Position numbers and translations under genes: made by a program
Assembly (NCBI GenBank): GCA_022709585.1
Contig: JAKLIN010000001.1
Location: 1-34,406, forward strand
Direction: 5' to 3'
DNA: 34,406 bases
From: Nanobdellota archaeon
GTDB lineage: Archaea > Nanobdellota > Nanobdellia > Pacearchaeales > GW2011-AR1
Part shown: one piece after another, positions 1-7,722 of the stretch
Numbering within the stretch: position 1 is the first letter of the stretch
Layout of the letters: each line of letters begins with the position of its first letter
Notes under the pieces: generated by a model
What the model was told of the DNA's origin: nothing
The model's input: only the letters and a program-made list of their open reading frames with translations
Database searches by the model: none

Positions 1-163
1 AGGTTATCTCCTTCGCGCCATAAGGGAAGCTTAGTTGGTACAGGTTTCGTAGGGAGAGTTATAGTCCCTTCTCCGTATTGATAGCTGAATACCAATCAGA
101 GGCTTTTATGGTCACATCCTTTCCAGGACAACCGGTAAAAAGTATAGGAATAACCTCTTTTTA
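1..163 (+). ncRNA. Unclassified structured RNA candidate (may be truncated by the window edge)
   Basis: There is no ORF of 60 aa or more. G+C is about 43% by my count, above the AT-rich flanks. Complementarity is nested: 1-7 aggttat with 150-156 ataacct; a 9-bp stem 18-26 ccataaggg with 103-111 cttttatgg (2 G-U pairs); hairpin 51-55 aggga / 65-69 tccct; hairpin 117-120 tcct / 125-128 agga. T5 runs at 158-162 and 168-172 resemble archaeal oligo-T termination on the + strand. Confidence 0.3.
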
Positions 164-254
164 ATAGTTTTTAACGACTATAAAAGGACTACACAGCGAC
201 GATAAAAGTATAAACTATTTATTTTTATTTTCAAAATAGAAAAAACTCACAAAA

Positions 255-416
255 TTAAATTTGACCAGTTTCATTAAACTTAGCCATCAATTTCTCTACG
301 ATAACTTGAGGAGCAAATCCTTTTCTACTGCAGGCCTTTGCAAAATCATCGTAAATCTTTCTATCGATATTATAATCGATTTTCATCTTTTGTGGTCCAG
401 GTGGATATGATGCCAT
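255..416 (-). CDS. Small ribbon-helix-helix (CopG/Arc-like) protein, 53 aa, absent from the ORF track (<60 aa)
   Basis: My own translation is MASYPPGPQKMKIDYNIDRKIYDDFAKACSRKGFAPQVIVEKLMAKFNETGQI. It shows a strand (KIDYNID), helix, helix pattern. ATG is at 416-414 and TAA at 257-255. The palindromic box tttataaa (438-445) is centred about 26 nt upstream, like other genes here. Confidence 0.5.
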   Translation of the reverse strand: MASYPPGPQKMKIDYNIDRKIYDDFAKACSRKGFAPQVIVEKLMAKFNETGQI

Positions 417-499
417 AACAACCTCAAATTGATTTTATTTATAAATTTATTCAATTTCAAAGAACAAAGTATAAAAACTAAATTTAATAGATTTAACTT

Positions 500-751
500 A
501 TGTGGCAAGATAATCTGATTACGATTGTTAATTTAACAATGGTTTACGGGATGCTTATGCAAGTTGTAAAAGGTTTCAAGGATAAAAAAAGGCATATTAA
601 TTTTCAAACAGGATTAATCACATTTATAGGATTATATGCCACAGCAATTGCATTTTTTTCATTAAATCTAATTTTCTCAGCTGTAACTGTAGTTATTAGC
701 GGAACACTCTGGTTGATTCTTTTTATCCAAACTATTGTTTATAAAAAATAA
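500..751 (+). CDS. Three-TM small membrane protein, SemiSWEET/PQ-loop-like
   Basis: It is 83 aa with three hydrophobic helices. TM1 ends in MQVVKGFKDKK, at the position of the PQ-loop motif (P replaced by M). Size and topology match SemiSWEET-type half transporters. No stronger motif is visible. Confidence 0.4.
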   Translation: MWQDNLITIVNLTMVYGMLMQVVKGFKDKKRHINFQTGLITFIGLYATAIAFFSLNLIFSAVTVVISGTLWLILFIQTIVYKK

Positions 752-783
752 AGAAATAATTCTAACTACTGGCGTCTAAAAGA

Positions 784-1107
784 TTATCTTAACTTAACTG
801 CTGTTCCGTAAGCAAGGGTTTCTACTGTTCCTGACAAAAGAACTGCTGTGTTGAAATCTACTTCGATAATTGCATCAGCACCCATTTCTATTGCTTGATT
901 AATCATTCTGTTATAAGACTCGTCTCTTGCTTGATTAACCATCTCTGTGTAGGTTTTAACTTCCCCTCCAAGCATATGCTTCATTAATGCAGCAATATCT
1001 CTAACAAAATTCTTAGCTCTTACTGTACTGCCCATAACAATCCCCATTATTTTCACCACTTTCTTCCCAGGAACTTCTGAACCAGTTGTAACAATTATTT
1101 GTTTCAT
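784..1107 (-). CDS. ybjQ: YbjQ/UPF0145 family protein (putative heavy-metal-binding domain)
   Basis: It is 107 aa. The sequence IVTTGSEVPGKKVVKIMGIVMGSTVRAKNFVRDI...GADAIIEVDF...AYGTAVKL is typical of the YbjQ family. Confidence 0.85.
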   Translation of the reverse strand: MKQIIVTTGSEVPGKKVVKIMGIVMGSTVRAKNFVRDIAALMKHMLGGEVKTYTEMVNQARDESYNRMINQAIEMGADAIIEVDFNTAVLLSGTVETLAYGTAVKLR

Positions 1108-1316
1108 CTTCTCTTTTTCTTAGATTTAGTTGATTTTAATTTAACAGGCTTATTTTTTCTAACTTTTTCAATTTGTTCAATTTCATCTTCTTCTCTATTG
1201 AAAAAGATTATTATTCCGAATACAAAAAGAGCACCACCTAATATTTTTGATAACGAAAAAAACATCCATAATCCAACTAAGCTTACTAATCCTCCAATCA
1301 CCACTCGTATATGCAT
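1104..1316 (-). CDS. Small membrane protein with lysine-rich tail, translationally coupled to ybjQ
   Basis: It is 70 aa with two hydrophobic segments and a K/R-rich C-terminus. Its stop overlaps the ybjQ start as ATGA (1104-1107). Confidence 0.5.
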   Translation of the reverse strand: MHIRVVIGGLVSLVGLWMFFSLSKILGGALFVFGIIIFFNREEDEIEQIEKVRKNKPVKLKSTKSKKKRR

Positions 1317-1346
1317 AAATAAATTAAAAGAAATCTATTAATAAAT

Positions 1347-1898
1347 TTATTGTTCTATTCTTTCTGCTTTACCATCTTCAACAAGAATTTCTACAATCTG
1401 ACTCGGAAGATTCGCAATCTGCCCTTTTTTAAAACCGCCTAATTTTTCTCCATCTGGCCCGATGAACTCTTCAACATCTGTTTTAAATGAAACCATTTCA
1501 TTCTTGAAGGTGTCTGCTTTTCCATTAAGAAGCTCAATAAAATTTCTATCTGACTTTTCCAAGCATTTCATCAAATCTTCAAACAATTCTTTCTCAAAGT
1601 CAAGCATATTATCAAAATCTCGTTTGGAAATCCCGATTTCAGAAGCCACTAAAATCAAATTCAAAATTTTCTTTCTTCTTCTAAGCATAAGCTCTTTGAA
1701 AAGAGTAAGAGCGTTCTCCAGCTGTTTTTTAGTTTTTATATTTGAATCTGAAAAAGAATCTTCTTCTTTTGAAAACATCTCTTTTTTTTCTTTCATATAC
1801 TCTGAAAAGTCATAAATAAAATTCTTAGGTAATTCTTGTAACTGTTCAGAGTATTTCTCTTTCCTAGTTGCATCATAAATATCGCTATAAGTTATCAT
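1347..1898 (-). CDS. GINS complex subunit (Gins51/Gins15-like)
   Basis: It is 183 aa. The N-terminus ...RKEKYSEQLQELPKNFIYDFSEYMK resembles the archaeal GINS A-domain start. The C-terminal beta-rich part VSFKTDVEEFIGPDGEKLGGFKKGQIANLPSQIVEILVEDGKAE resembles the B-domain. Confidence 0.6.
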   Translation of the reverse strand: MITYSDIYDATRKEKYSEQLQELPKNFIYDFSEYMKEKKEMFSKEEDSFSDSNIKTKKQLENALTLFKELMLRRRKKILNLILVASEIGISKRDFDNMLDFEKELFEDLMKCLEKSDRNFIELLNGKADTFKNEMVSFKTDVEEFIGPDGEKLGGFKKGQIANLPSQIVEILVEDGKAERIEQ

Positions 1899-1967
1899 AA
1901 TTTCACCAAAGTATAAGCGTTTTTAATAATTGTTATTCTAAAAAAAGAAGAGTTCAAATGTATTAAA

Positions 1968-3272
1968 TTATCTGATAAACTTAGCTTTCTTTAACATTTC
2001 ACCCGCAACCATTCTTCCCAAATTTCCAGTTCTTGCTTCTCTTTCAGAGAATTTTCTTCCAATCACTCTTGGGCCTTCAACTTCTCCATCTTTGAAAACC
2101 GGCTTTTTCTTAACTTGAGGAATTGAACGATTGCTATCATAAAAAAGCACAGGCACAGGTTCAGCAGAATGAGCTTTTATTTTTGAAACAGTGGAATGAT
2201 CTGCTGTGACAACTAAGTTTATATTATTTGGAGGCAAAAATCTTTTTAAGAATTTGAACAAATTTGCATCAATATACTCAATCATATCTCTTTTTTCAAA
2301 AGGTTTATTATCATGCCCAGGCAAATCTGTTTCTTTTAAATGAATGTAAAAATAATCATACTTTTTATGATATTTTTTAATATATTTTATTGCATTTCTG
2401 CAAGCAAGCTTCAATCCATCATATAAATTTCTGTAAACATCGATATCTTTTATTCCAGGATAATTAAATCCGTAAATACCCATTCCAGAAACCTTTGCAA
2501 TTCCTTTTTCCAGAGGCATATAACCCAGTGCCATCCAATTTCTGTATAACTTTAATTTTGGTTTGTCAACACCTGCTCCTCTGAATAACATATAATTTGC
2601 AGGCATTAAACCTCTTCTTTTTCGTTCAATATTAATGGGATGATCTTTCAATGTTTCGTAAACTAAATCAAAAAATTCATTTACAACGTTGCAAGTGTAA
2701 GGACTAACTTCATCTTTTGTGTTCAAGGGTTTTGACCTTTGAATCTTCATTACTTCGGTTGCTTTTCCATCAACATAAGTCATATCGTTTCCAGAAATTG
2801 AAGAAGAAAATGTTCCTCTGAAAACTAAAACTCCTCTATAACCAACAGTATGCTTGAATTCAAACTTAATTGGGAAATTAATTGAATTAATTGCTTTTTC
2901 AAGTGCTTTTGCTTCTTTATCAAAAAGCATTCTCCCGGCTCTTCTATCAATAATATTTCCTTTTTCCAAACTATCAATTGTTGCAAAATTAACTCGCAAA
3001 GCTAAGTCTCCTTTAGACAAATCAATATCTGCTCCGCGAGCTTCAAGTTGCCCTCTGGAACTTAATGAAATATCATTATCAAAAATAGAAAGCACAGCTT
3101 CATCTGATGCAGGTGCATATCCAGGTTTAACAGGATACAAATAACCCAATTCCCCTCGTGTTGCAAAAAAATCCATATTAGGGGTTTTAGCTGCCTCTAA
3201 GGGTGTTTTTCCTTTAAGAACATCGCAAGGCATGTCTCCAAGCCCATCCATTATCACCAATATTCCTTTCAT
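1968..3272 (-). CDS. apgM: Cofactor-independent phosphoglycerate mutase, archaeal type
   Basis: It is 434 aa. It has MKGILVIMDGLGD at the N-terminus, the VVTADHS metal-site motif and ApgM-typical length. Confidence 0.9.
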   Translation of the reverse strand: MKGILVIMDGLGDMPCDVLKGKTPLEAAKTPNMDFFATRGELGYLYPVKPGYAPASDEAVLSIFDNDISLSSRGQLEARGADIDLSKGDLALRVNFATIDSLEKGNIIDRRAGRMLFDKEAKALEKAINSINFPIKFEFKHTVGYRGVLVFRGTFSSSISGNDMTYVDGKATEVMKIQRSKPLNTKDEVSPYTCNVVNEFFDLVYETLKDHPINIERKRRGLMPANYMLFRGAGVDKPKLKLYRNWMALGYMPLEKGIAKVSGMGIYGFNYPGIKDIDVYRNLYDGLKLACRNAIKYIKKYHKKYDYFYIHLKETDLPGHDNKPFEKRDMIEYIDANLFKFLKRFLPPNNINLVVTADHSTVSKIKAHSAEPVPVLFYDSNRSIPQVKKKPVFKDGEVEGPRVIGRKFSEREARTGNLGRMVAGEMLKKAKFIR

Positions 3273-3292
3273 ATTAAAAGCTACGAGTTTAA

Positions 3293-3302
3293 CTTTATAA
3301 AG
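3293..3302 (-). promoter_or_regulatory. TATA-like box for apgM
   Basis: The box ctttataaag is centred about 25.5 nt upstream of the apgM ATG (3272). Confidence 0.5.
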
Positions 3303-3321
3303 ATTTTTTCAATAGGATGAT

Positions 3322-3330
3322 ATTTATAAA
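3322..3330 (+). promoter_or_regulatory. TATA-like box for ftsY
   Basis: The box atttataaa is centred about 26 nt upstream of the ftsY ATG (3352). Confidence 0.5.
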
Positions 3331-3351
3331 TTATCCACGCCTAACAAAAAT

Positions 3352-4566
3352 ATGTTTAAATCATTAAAAGAAAGGCTTCAAAGTTGGGCAAAAAACTTCT
3401 CGAAAAAGAAGCAAGATGAAGAAGAGTTAGAAGAAACTGAAGAAAAACCAGCAAAGCAATCAAAAAAAGACAAGAAAGCTGAAAAATCCGCTAAGAAGCA
3501 AAAAACTAAGAAAGAAAGAAACAAACCAGACAACAGGAAAGGCAAAAAAGACAAGAAATCCAAAGGCAGAAAACAAGAACAAAAAATTGAAGAAGAACAA
3601 CAAGAAATAGAAGGATCGCCTGGAGAACAAGAAGCAGAAAATATTGAAGAAAAAGAAACCGAGCAAACAGAAGCTCCAAAAAGATTAGGATTTTTCCAAA
3701 GGTTTCGTGAAAAGATTGGAAAAGTAAAAATATCTGAAAAAGACTTTGAAGAGTACAAAGATGACTTGGAAATGCTTCTTTTAGAAAATAATGTTGCGTT
3801 AGAAGTCACTGAAAAAATAATTGAAACACTCAAAGAAAAATTAATTGACAAAGAATTTCCAAAAAAAGATCTATTAAAAGAGATACAAAATGTGCTAAGA
3901 GAAATTATTGAAGAAGTTTTAGTTGAACCTTTTGATATTCTTCAAGCAATCAAAGACAAAAGAAAAACAGGGAAGCCTTATGTTATTCTTTTCTGCGGAA
4001 TAAATGGAAGCGGAAAAACAACAACAATAGCGAAAGTTGCTGAAATGCTGAAAAAGCAAAAAATTTCCTGCATTCTTGCAGCAGGCGACACATTCCGAGC
4101 AGCTTCAATTGAACAATTAAAAAAGCATGGAGAAAGACTAAATATAGAAGTTGTTGCAAATGAATACGGTTCTGATCCTGCTTCTGTTGGATTTGATGCG
4201 ATAAAAGCTGCAACTAAAAATAAAATTGATTGCGTTTTAATTGATACCGCAGGAAGAATGCACACTGCTAAAAATTTATTAAAAGAAATTGAAAAAATTG
4301 CGAGAGTTTGCGCTCCAGACACAAAAATCTTTGTTGGAGAATCTATAACTGGAAATGACGCTTTAGAACAAGTAAAAGGATTTGACGAATCAATTGGAAT
4401 AGACGGAATAATTCTTACAAAAGCGGACATTGATGAAAAAGGCGGAACAGCTCTTTCTGTAGGTTATGTTACAAAAAAGCCGATTTTGTTTTTAGGAACA
4501 GGACAAGAGTATCATGAGATTGAACTCTTCAACAAAAAGAAGTTTACAGACAGTTTGGGAATTTAA
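3352..4566 (+). CDS. ftsY: Signal recognition particle receptor FtsY with a long K/E-rich N-terminal extension
   Basis: The NG domain shows GINGSGKTTT (G1), DTAGR (G3) and TKADID (G4). Residues 1 to about 112 are low-complexity Lys/Glu. Confidence 0.95.
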   Translation: MFKSLKERLQSWAKNFSKKKQDEEELEETEEKPAKQSKKDKKAEKSAKKQKTKKERNKPDNRKGKKDKKSKGRKQEQKIEEEQQEIEGSPGEQEAENIEEKETEQTEAPKRLGFFQRFREKIGKVKISEKDFEEYKDDLEMLLLENNVALEVTEKIIETLKEKLIDKEFPKKDLLKEIQNVLREIIEEVLVEPFDILQAIKDKRKTGKPYVILFCGINGSGKTTTIAKVAEMLKKQKISCILAAGDTFRAASIEQLKKHGERLNIEVVANEYGSDPASVGFDAIKAATKNKIDCVLIDTAGRMHTAKNLLKEIEKIARVCAPDTKIFVGESITGNDALEQVKGFDESIGIDGIILTKADIDEKGGTALSVGYVTKKPILFLGTGQEYHEIELFNKKKFTDSLGI

Positions 4567-4638
4567 CTGAATCCCCTAAAAAGCTTCTAATTCTAATAAA
4601 ACGCAAAACTTAATAATCCTTTAAAAGCTCTTAAAAAC

Positions 4639-6024
4639 ATGCTAGAAAAACTCGGACAAGCATTAAAGAAAGCCACAGATAAGATAGCTAATGCTATATT
4701 TCTTGACAAAAATTTAGTGGATACTATTGTCAGAGAGCTTCAAAGAGCACTTATAGAAGCAGATGTTAACATTGCGCTTGTAAAAGAGTTAACAGACACA
4801 ATCAAAAAAGCAGCTTTTGATGAAAGAATAAAGGGAATTGAAAAAAAAGAGCACTTAATCAAGGTTCTTCATGATGAGCTTGTGAAGATTCTTGGGGGTT
4901 ATCATCAGATTACTTTGAAAAAAGAGCAAAACAGAATCATGCTGCTCGGACTTTATGGTTCAGGAAAAACAACAACAATCGCGAAACTTGGAAATTATTA
5001 TGCCAAACGTGGAAAAAAAGTTGCTTTGATTGGATTAGATGTTCATCGTCCAGCAGCTTTTGAACAGCTACAACAGCTTGCTGAAAAAAATAATCTTAAT
5101 TGCTTTGTAAAAAAAGATGAAAAAGACCCTGTTAAGTGCTATAAATTATTATACAAAGAAAATAAGCTTGCAGAATATGATGTTTTACTTGTAGACACAG
5201 CAGGAAGACACACTTTAGATGACGATTTAATCAAAGAGATAAAAGCATTAGACAAAGAAGTGAAACCAACTGAAAGCATTTTAGTTATTCCAGCAGATAT
5301 TGGACAAGCAGCTAAAAAACAAGCTAAAGAGTTTCGTGATGCTGTAAAAATTTCCGGAATAATCATAACTCGTATGGATTCAAGTGCAAGAGGAGGAGGC
5401 GCATTGACAGCTTGCGCAGAAGTGAAAGACGGAGCAGGTGTTTATTTCATAACAACAGGTGAAAAAATCAATGATCTTGAAGAGTTTAATCCGGAATCAT
5501 TCTTATCAAGACTTTTAGGGATGGGCGATTTGCAAGCGCTTGTTGAAAAAGTTAAATCAGTTACAGATGAAGGCAAGCAAAAAGAGATCCTTGCCAGAGT
5601 CGAGCAAGGAAAATTAACTTTAGATGATGTTGTTGAGCAAGTGAAATCGATGAATTCTCTTGGAGGATTTGAAAAAATAAAATCAATGCTTCCTGGATTT
5701 GGAAAAGTTGATGTTCCAGATGAGCTTATGCAAAATCAGCAAGGAAAAATTGCAAAATGGGAGCATATCATCAAGTCTATGACTAAAGAGGAAAAAGAAA
5801 ATCCAGAACTATTGCAAAAACAAACTTCCAGAATAAACAGAATTGCAAAAGGAGCAGGAGTTACAAACAGTGAAATTCGAGCACTTCTCAAGCAGTATGA
5901 TTTGCTTAATTCTATGGTAAAAGAAGGTATTGGAACAGGTGCTGGAGCAGGAGAAGGAGCAATGTTCAGCCAAAAACAGCTTCAAAAGATGATGAAGAAA
6001 TTTGGCAAAAAAATGAAGTTTTAA
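4639..6024 (+). CDS. srp54: Signal recognition particle protein SRP54
   Basis: It has GLYGSGKTTT, DTAGRH, TRMDSSARGG and a C-terminal methionine-rich M domain. Confidence 0.95.
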   Translation: MLEKLGQALKKATDKIANAIFLDKNLVDTIVRELQRALIEADVNIALVKELTDTIKKAAFDERIKGIEKKEHLIKVLHDELVKILGGYHQITLKKEQNRIMLLGLYGSGKTTTIAKLGNYYAKRGKKVALIGLDVHRPAAFEQLQQLAEKNNLNCFVKKDEKDPVKCYKLLYKENKLAEYDVLLVDTAGRHTLDDDLIKEIKALDKEVKPTESILVIPADIGQAAKKQAKEFRDAVKISGIIITRMDSSARGGGALTACAEVKDGAGVYFITTGEKINDLEEFNPESFLSRLLGMGDLQALVEKVKSVTDEGKQKEILARVEQGKLTLDDVVEQVKSMNSLGGFEKIKSMLPGFGKVDVPDELMQNQQGKIAKWEHIIKSMTKEEKENPELLQKQTSRINRIAKGAGVTNSEIRALLKQYDLLNSMVKEGIGTGAGAGEGAMFSQKQLQKMMKKFGKKMKF

Positions 6025-6050
6025 TTATTCTCTAACAAGATAAAATTAAC

Positions 6051-6680
6051 ATGAAAAAAGAAAAAATAATTCAACAAGGAGCAGAAGCAGTTATAATCCA
6101 AAAAGAAAATGAAATCATCAAAAGAAGGATTCCCAAATCTTATAGAATAAAAGAGCTTGATGAAAAAATAAGGAAGCACAGAACCCGCTCTGAATCAAAA
6201 ATTCTTGAAAAAGCCAACAAAATAGGTTTTTCTCCAAGATTAATTTCCACAGATGAAAAAAATAAAGAAATAGTAATGGAATTTATTCAAGGAAAAAAGC
6301 TTTCTGAACAGCTTGAAAAATTTTCATTTGTTGAACAAAAACAGATTATGGAAACAATTGGAAAAAACATTGGAAAATTGCACTCTCAGAATATTATTCA
6401 CGGAGATTTGACTTTGGCAAACATGATTTTAAAGTCATTAAAAGACGTATTCTTTATTGATTTTGGACTAAGTTTCATAAGCCAAAAAATTGAAGATTGC
6501 GCTGTGGATTTGCATTTATTCAAAGAGTCATTAAAAGCAAGTTATCCTGAAAAATCCCAAGAGTTGTTTCATTCTGTAATTCAAGGTTACACTTCAATAC
6601 CTCCTGCCAACAAAAACAAAACACCTCTTGTTCTTCAACAGCTAGAAAAAGTCGAAAGGCGTGGAAGATATAAACACTGA
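6051..6680 (+). CDS. bud32: KEOPS-complex kinase Bud32 (PRPK-like small atypical kinase)
   Basis: It is 209 aa. It has GAEAVI, the catalytic loop IIHGDLTLANMIL, FIDFGLS, EDCAVDLH and the C-terminal ERRGRY typical of Bud32. Confidence 0.85.
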   Translation: MKKEKIIQQGAEAVIIQKENEIIKRRIPKSYRIKELDEKIRKHRTRSESKILEKANKIGFSPRLISTDEKNKEIVMEFIQGKKLSEQLEKFSFVEQKQIMETIGKNIGKLHSQNIIHGDLTLANMILKSLKDVFFIDFGLSFISQKIEDCAVDLHLFKESLKASYPEKSQELFHSVIQGYTSIPPANKNKTPLVLQQLEKVERRGRYKH

Positions 6681-6694
6681 AAAATTAATTCAGA

Positions 6695-6706
6695 ATATTT
6701 ATATAT
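6695..6706 (+). promoter_or_regulatory. TATA-like box for corA
   Basis: The box atatttatatat is centred about 26.5 nt upstream of the ATG at 6727. Confidence 0.45.
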
Positions 6707-6726
6707 CAAAAGTGCATTAAACTTTT

Positions 6727-7722
6727 ATGGTGACAGCTTTTGCTTATAGTGGTAAATCTTTAAAGAAAATAAAAGGTGAAGAAATTAAAGAGTATCTCAA
6801 GAAGAAACAAAATTCTGTTTGGCTTCCATTAACAGAACCTTCCAATGAAGTTTTTGTTTTATTAAAAGACGTTTTTAAAATTCACCCAACTACCATTGAA
6901 GATATGTTTTCTGAACAGACCCGAGTAAAGTATGAAGAATTTGAAGACTATAAAGTGGTCATTTTTAATGGAATAAAAGAAATTAAAAAAAGTTCTGTTG
7001 AAATTTACAACATTTCTTGGGTAATTGGAGAAAATTTTATTATCACAGTTCATTCTGAAAAAGAAGAAACAATAAAAGAACTATTAAAAAACGAAAGAAA
7101 AATAGAATCTCTTCTTGCAAGAGGCGAAGGCTCACTCGCTCATTATCTTTTAGATAAAGAAGTCGATAAATATCTTCAAATAAAATTAGAAGCAAACGAA
7201 GAATTAAAAAAACTTGAAAAAGAGTTTTTATCTTCACAAAACCGAGAAATCTTAACTCGCATTTATTCAAAAGAATTAATTTACCTTGAACTAAGACAGC
7301 TTTCCGAAGCAGTAACAGATATTTGTTCTAGTTTGATTAAACTTTCTGGAGACAGCCAATCAGATTTGCTCCGTCCCTACTTTATGGATGTTTATGATCA
7401 TGCTATAAAAACCACTCAGGGTTATGAGTCTATGTTAAAAAGAATTGATGGAATGACAAACATGTATGCTACAATTGCAAACATGAAAACTAATGAAGCA
7501 ATGCGTTCTTTAACAGTCATAACTGCAATTATGATGCCTTTAACAGTCATAACAGGATTTTATGGAATGAACATAAAACTGCCGATTCAAGAGCATCCTT
7601 TTGCATCAGCTGCGGTTTCTGGAGGAATGTTTTTTATTATTGTCTTGATGATGATAATCTCAAAGAAAATGGGGTGGATTTCTCCAAAGAAAAATAAAGA
7701 TATTCTTGACAAGTTTTCTTAA
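6727..7722 (+). CDS. corA: CorA-family magnesium/cobalt transporter
   Basis: It has the YGMNIKLP (GMN) signature between two C-terminal TM helices and is 331 aa. Confidence 0.9.
   Translation: MVTAFAYSGKSLKKIKGEEIKEYLKKKQNSVWLPLTEPSNEVFVLLKDVFKIHPTTIEDMFSEQTRVKYEEFEDYKVVIFNGIKEIKKSSVEIYNISWVIGENFIITVHSEKEETIKELLKNERKIESLLARGEGSLAHYLLDKEVDKYLQIKLEANEELKKLEKEFLSSQNREILTRIYSKELIYLELRQLSEAVTDICSSLIKLSGDSQSDLLRPYFMDVYDHAIKTTQGYESMLKRIDGMTNMYATIANMKTNEAMRSLTVITAIMMPLTVITGFYGMNIKLPIQEHPFASAAVSGGMFFIIVLMMIISKKMGWISPKKNKDILDKFS

Noticed and set aside
1-81. An open + frame running in from the left edge and stopping at 79-81 (…RLSPSRHKGSLVGTGFVGRVIVPSPY), possibly the C-terminus of an upstream gene.
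   Set aside because: Its amino-acid and GC composition are unlike every other protein in the window, and the region is densely self-complementary. The RNA interpretation is therefore preferred, but this cannot be excluded without upstream sequence.
117-128. On the minus strand this hairpin has a GGAA tetraloop, reminiscent of SRP RNA helix 8. That was attractive because ftsY and srp54 are nearby.
   Set aside because: The conserved helix-8 loop nucleotides (the AGCA/GGAA-flanking asymmetric and symmetric loops) are absent. The flanking T-runs also indicate + strand transcription.
1099-1341. An 80-aa + strand ORF overlapping the 70-aa minus-strand membrane ORF.
   Set aside because: The minus-strand ORF has coherent TM segments, a basic tail and an ATGA coupling to ybjQ. 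The + strand ORF is its antisense shadow and has no promoter box.
3378-3851. Long antisense ORFs (157 aa and 68 aa, rich in F/S/L/C) opposite the ftsY 5' region.
   Set aside because: They are mirror images of the purine-rich Lys/Glu-coding tract of ftsY. They are low-complexity, have no motif, and overlap a confidently identified gene. The same reasoning applies to the other antisense ORFs in the track (for example 1462-1815, 2854-3144, 3978-4430, 8167-8373, 16410-16793 and 18257-18757).
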